Notes under the pieces: generated by a model | What the model saw: the letters and a program-made list of their open reading frames with translations, nothing else | Databases searched by the model: none | Told to the model about the DNA's origin: nothing | Source: Candidatus Bathyarchaeota archaeon | GTDB taxonomy: Archaea; Thermoproteota; Bathyarchaeia; Bathyarchaeales; Bathycorpusculaceae | Length of the DNA: 64,000 nucleotides | Direction: 5' to 3' | Assembly: GCA_963828195.1 (NCBI GenBank) | Contig: CAWHDT010000003.1 | Span: 352,001-416,000 of the forward strand | Translations under genes and position numbers: made by a program | Shown: positions 61,228 to 64,000 of the stretch, piece by piece | How the letters are laid out: every line of letters starts with the position of its first letter | Position numbering within the stretch: position 1 is the first letter of the stretch

Positions 61228-61650
61228 ATGGCAAGCAATGTTCTCGTAAGAGACATAATGTCAAAAGATGTTAAAACTGTGCGCAATGATACAACAGTCA
61301 AAGAAGTAATTGCATTAATGAACAAATTCGACAAAGATGCAATTCTTGTTGAACAAAGCGGAAAACCCACTGGAATCATAACGGTCAAAGATGTCTTGGT
61401 AAGAGCAGTTGAGCATGGCGTACCCCTAAGTACAATCATCGCGCGAATGGTCTACACAAACCCGCTGGTGACGATAACTGAGGAAGCAACCGTTGAAGAA
61501 GCAGCTAACTTGATGAAAGAATGGCGAATCAAACACTTACCAATCGTTGACAAAAACGGCGCCCTCGTAGGCATGGTAAATGACAGGGACATAATCTACG
61601 CGGTTCCTTCATTGATGTCAACGATGGAAGAGTTCTGTCGAACAAAATAA
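61228..61650 (+). CDS. CBS-domain pair protein
   Basis: VRDIMS...GIIT..D and IKHLPIVD...GMV..RD. Confidence 0.92.
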   Translation: MASNVLVRDIMSKDVKTVRNDTTVKEVIALMNKFDKDAILVEQSGKPTGIITVKDVLVRAVEHGVPLSTIIARMVYTNPLVTITEEATVEEAANLMKEWRIKHLPIVDKNGALVGMVNDRDIIYAVPSLMSTMEEFCRTK

Positions 61651-61771
61651 GTGGCTAAATAACTCTTTTTTCTTCTTTAACTTTTTAAAAATTTTTCAAG
61701 CAAGATTTGTTGCTGTGCCTCTACACTCACATATGTTTAAGAAAGCTGGCGACCGCTTAACTATTATTTAG

Positions 61772-61966
61772 GTGCAAGTCATGAGCAAAAAAAAGCCCCA
61801 TCAACCTCACACTTTAGGAGTCCCGTCATCTCAGGAGACACCAGTGAAAGGCGTAGAGCCAGGCCAAGTGCCCTGTCCAGTCTGCGGTAAAACATTCAAG
61901 ACCCACTCGGAAATGGAGAGACACACCGATTCGATGCACCATGAAACAAAAGGCCACGAAGAATAA
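61772..61966 (+). CDS. C2H2 zinc-finger mini-protein
   Basis: CPVCGKTFKTHSEMERHTDSMH; ATG at 61781 is the likely start. Confidence 0.8.
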   Translation: MQVMSKKKPHQPHTLGVPSSQETPVKGVEPGQVPCPVCGKTFKTHSEMERHTDSMHHETKGHEE

Positions 61967-62013
61967 CTTTACCTTACCTTTTTCTTCTTTTGGAACCTTA
62001 GCGTTTTAGCTGT

Positions 62014-62388
62014 TCATCCGTGTTCTATGAATGTCTCTTTTGCAGCTTCTTTTTTCATGTACTCTTTGAGTTTTTGCGGAGATATACAGGTCTTCAGGTT
62101 CGGACAATATTTGTTGGTGTGAAAAGTCAGAAGCTCCGATAGTGGCTCGACAATTTCTTTGTTCAAAAAGTAAATCTTTCCTTTTCCCGAACCCTCAGAA
62201 TGCAACAGCGCACTTTGTTCCAAGCGGGTGACGTTGTAGGCAACTGTGTTTTCGTCCTGCTCAAGTTCCTTGGAAATTGCCGCGATGTCTTTTGGGCCTT
62301 CCCTTAAAACATCAATTATTGCCAGACGCGTTCTATTTGAAAGCGATGCGAAAAAAAGGTAATATGCCTCGTTTGAAAAATTTTCCAT
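62014..62388 (-). CDS. ArsR-family transcriptional regulator
   Basis: FASLSNRTRLAII..L..GP wHTH; C-terminal H..KYCP...C. Confidence 0.85.
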   Translation of the reverse strand: MENFSNEAYYLFFASLSNRTRLAIIDVLREGPKDIAAISKELEQDENTVAYNVTRLEQSALLHSEGSGKGKIYFLNKEIVEPLSELLTFHTNKYCPNLKTCISPQKLKEYMKKEAAKETFIEHG

Positions 62389-62621
62389 TTTAAATCACTT
62401 CGGATAGGTTATTGTTTAAAAACTAAGCTTTCCGCAGTACTTTAATTTTGCTTAAAGCTATCAGTTAGCACTAATTTTGTTGCGATTCGAAACAATAAGA
62501 GCAGCGAAAATTTGAGCAAAATAAAAAATATTGATACGCATTGATTTTTTTAAAGATCCATTGTTTTTTAATGCATTTGGAAAATCAAAAAAAGGAAGGT
62601 GGTGTTTTTGGTTGTGTTGGT

Positions 62622-64000
62622 TTATGATCGTTTTCTCAGCATCAGGACGATTAAGACACCAACTATGGCAATTGCGATTATTATTGCGGCTGCTGCAGCG
62701 CCGATGTACATTTCCGTTGAAGGCAAAGGATTATTTGCTACTGGATATGGCGAGGCTGTTGGCGAGCATGGGTCAACTGCGAAGACGGTTTCGTCAGAAG
62801 AAGGATAGTAAGAGTTTGAACCCGCAAATGTTGCGAAGACGGTGTATTTGCCTGTGATGTCGGGATACCACTGTAAACTAAACATGCCGCTTGAATCAGT
62901 TGTAGCTGTACCGATAGTTCTGTAGTTGCCGTTTGAGTCGATGACGCTGATTGTCACCGGAACGCCTGTTACGTTTGTTGGTTCGGGCTTTTGCATGTAA
63001 ACGTATTCCATCCAAGCGCTCTGGCTTGCGTCAGAAACACATGGAACACCATTTGGAAAGTCCATTGCCTGTTCATTTTGTGTCGTTCCCGCCGAGATGT
63101 CCATCACTGTGCCGCTGATCACTAAAGATTTGCCAAGTTCTATTGATGCTTGAGGTGCTGTAACAGTTAATTTGCTGGGTCCTTGACCGTAACAGTAGAT
63201 TTGCTCGTCATATGTATTCAAGAATGTCAAGTATCCGCTGGCAATCGCTGATTCATCGCCGTTCATTTCGTTGCTCCATCCGAAGATCGTCCATATTTGC
63301 TGTCCTGTGGTGGCGTTAAGGCATGTCAAGGGGAAACCTTTGTACATCGGTTGGTTCGGCGAGTGCTCGTCTCCGGCTATATAGACCATTCCGTCAGCTA
63401 TTGCCACGAACTGCTGCGGGTACTCACCCCATGGGGTTCCTAAGCCTGCATTGGTGCTGTTGCCTGCGCCGCCGTTTCCATAAGTCCATTCTAAGGCTCC
63501 GGTAGCATCGTTATAGCAGAAAATTAATCCTGCATAGCCAGCGCAGTAAAGGTTGCCGTAGGCATCTGTGTCGCTGGACATGAAGTACTGCCAGTTGGTT
63601 GTGCTGCTTGATGGAAAGCCTACTGGACCCCACAGATAAGCGCCGGTGTTCAAGCTGTAGCCCCAGTGCACATTGGTTTCTTTGTCATCAAAGATGAAGA
63701 CTCCAGTTGTTGGATCCCATGCGGAAATTATTCGAGTTACATTGTTTGGCGCTTGCTGGTAAGATTGTGTCCAAAGGGTTTGACCTATTGTATTTGGTTT
63801 TAGGCTTATGGCTGTGATGTTTGCTGGGTCTGAAGTTACGGCTGTAACGCTGCCTCCTGCATGTGTTCCGAAGGTTCCCTGGACCAGAAGCATCATGTTG
63901 CCGAGGCTAACTAGTGGACCAAGGGTTGCTGAACCGATACCCCAGCCTGTTCCCGGAAGATTTAGCGATATGTTCCAGTCATAGCACGATGGCAAGCTTG
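62622..64000 (-). CDS. PQQ-like beta-propeller surface protein (partial, N-terminus outside window)
   Basis: Repeated TG..LW motifs, EHSP, WMEYVYMQ, Ig-like domain, C-terminal TM + RKR. Confidence 0.88.
   Translation of the reverse strand, partial: SLPSCYDWNISLNLPGTGWGIGSATLGPLVSLGNMMLLVQGTFGTHAGGSVTAVTSDPANITAISLKPNTIGQTLWTQSYQQAPNNVTRIISAWDPTTGVFIFDDKETNVHWGYSLNTGAYLWGPVGFPSSSTTNWQYFMSSDTDAYGNLYCAGYAGLIFCYNDATGALEWTYGNGGAGNSTNAGLGTPWGEYPQQFVAIADGMVYIAGDEHSPNQPMYKGFPLTCLNATTGQQIWTIFGWSNEMNGDESAIASGYLTFLNTYDEQIYCYGQGPSKLTVTAPQASIELGKSLVISGTVMDISAGTTQNEQAMDFPNGVPCVSDASQSAWMEYVYMQKPEPTNVTGVPVTISVIDSNGNYRTIGTATTDSSGMFSLQWYPDITGKYTVFATFAGSNSYYPSSDETVFAVDPCSPTASPYPVANNPLPSTEMYIGAAAAAIIIAIAIVGVLIVLMLRKRS

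Noticed and set aside
1-64000. tRNA or rRNA genes and integrase-type proviruses
   Set aside because: No cloverleaf, rRNA-like segment, integrase or virion gene was recognised by eye; tRNAscan-SE and Infernal would be needed to exclude them.

Overview
Archaeal chromosomal window, most likely Bathyarchaeia/TACK (inferred from a crenarchaeal-type PolB1, CarS, AglB, RadB, an OST3/OSTC-like protein and PQQ/YVTN surface proteins). It holds core DNA-repair, lipid and N-glycosylation genes and a small toxin-antitoxin cluster (VapBC, DUF488, HEPN-MNT). It also carries a complete type I-B CRISPR-Cas locus (cas6-8b-7-5-3-4-1-2) with an array of 15 intact 30-bp repeats. The most striking feature is a cleanly bounded 5,375-bp transposon at 17560-22934, with 24-bp terminal inverted repeats, mirrored sub-terminal repeats and an exact 8-bp target duplication (CATTTTGG). 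It is built on one SWIM/Zn-ribbon IS6-family transposase and carries a fused restriction-methylase plus specificity subunit, a stand-alone PD-(D/E)XK nuclease and an AbrB-like regulator. Other signals: a eukaryote-like OSTC/OST3 homologue, a dispersed (GAA)n/(TTC)n hairpin family, a candidate structured RNA, four 12-bp motifs upstream of cas6, and several unannotated Cys-rich mini-proteins. Several single-base lesions (stop in topA, frameshifts, garbled leader-proximal spacers) suggest an error-prone long-read consensus, so pseudogene calls are provisional. All calls come from reading the sequence by eye; no database search was run.
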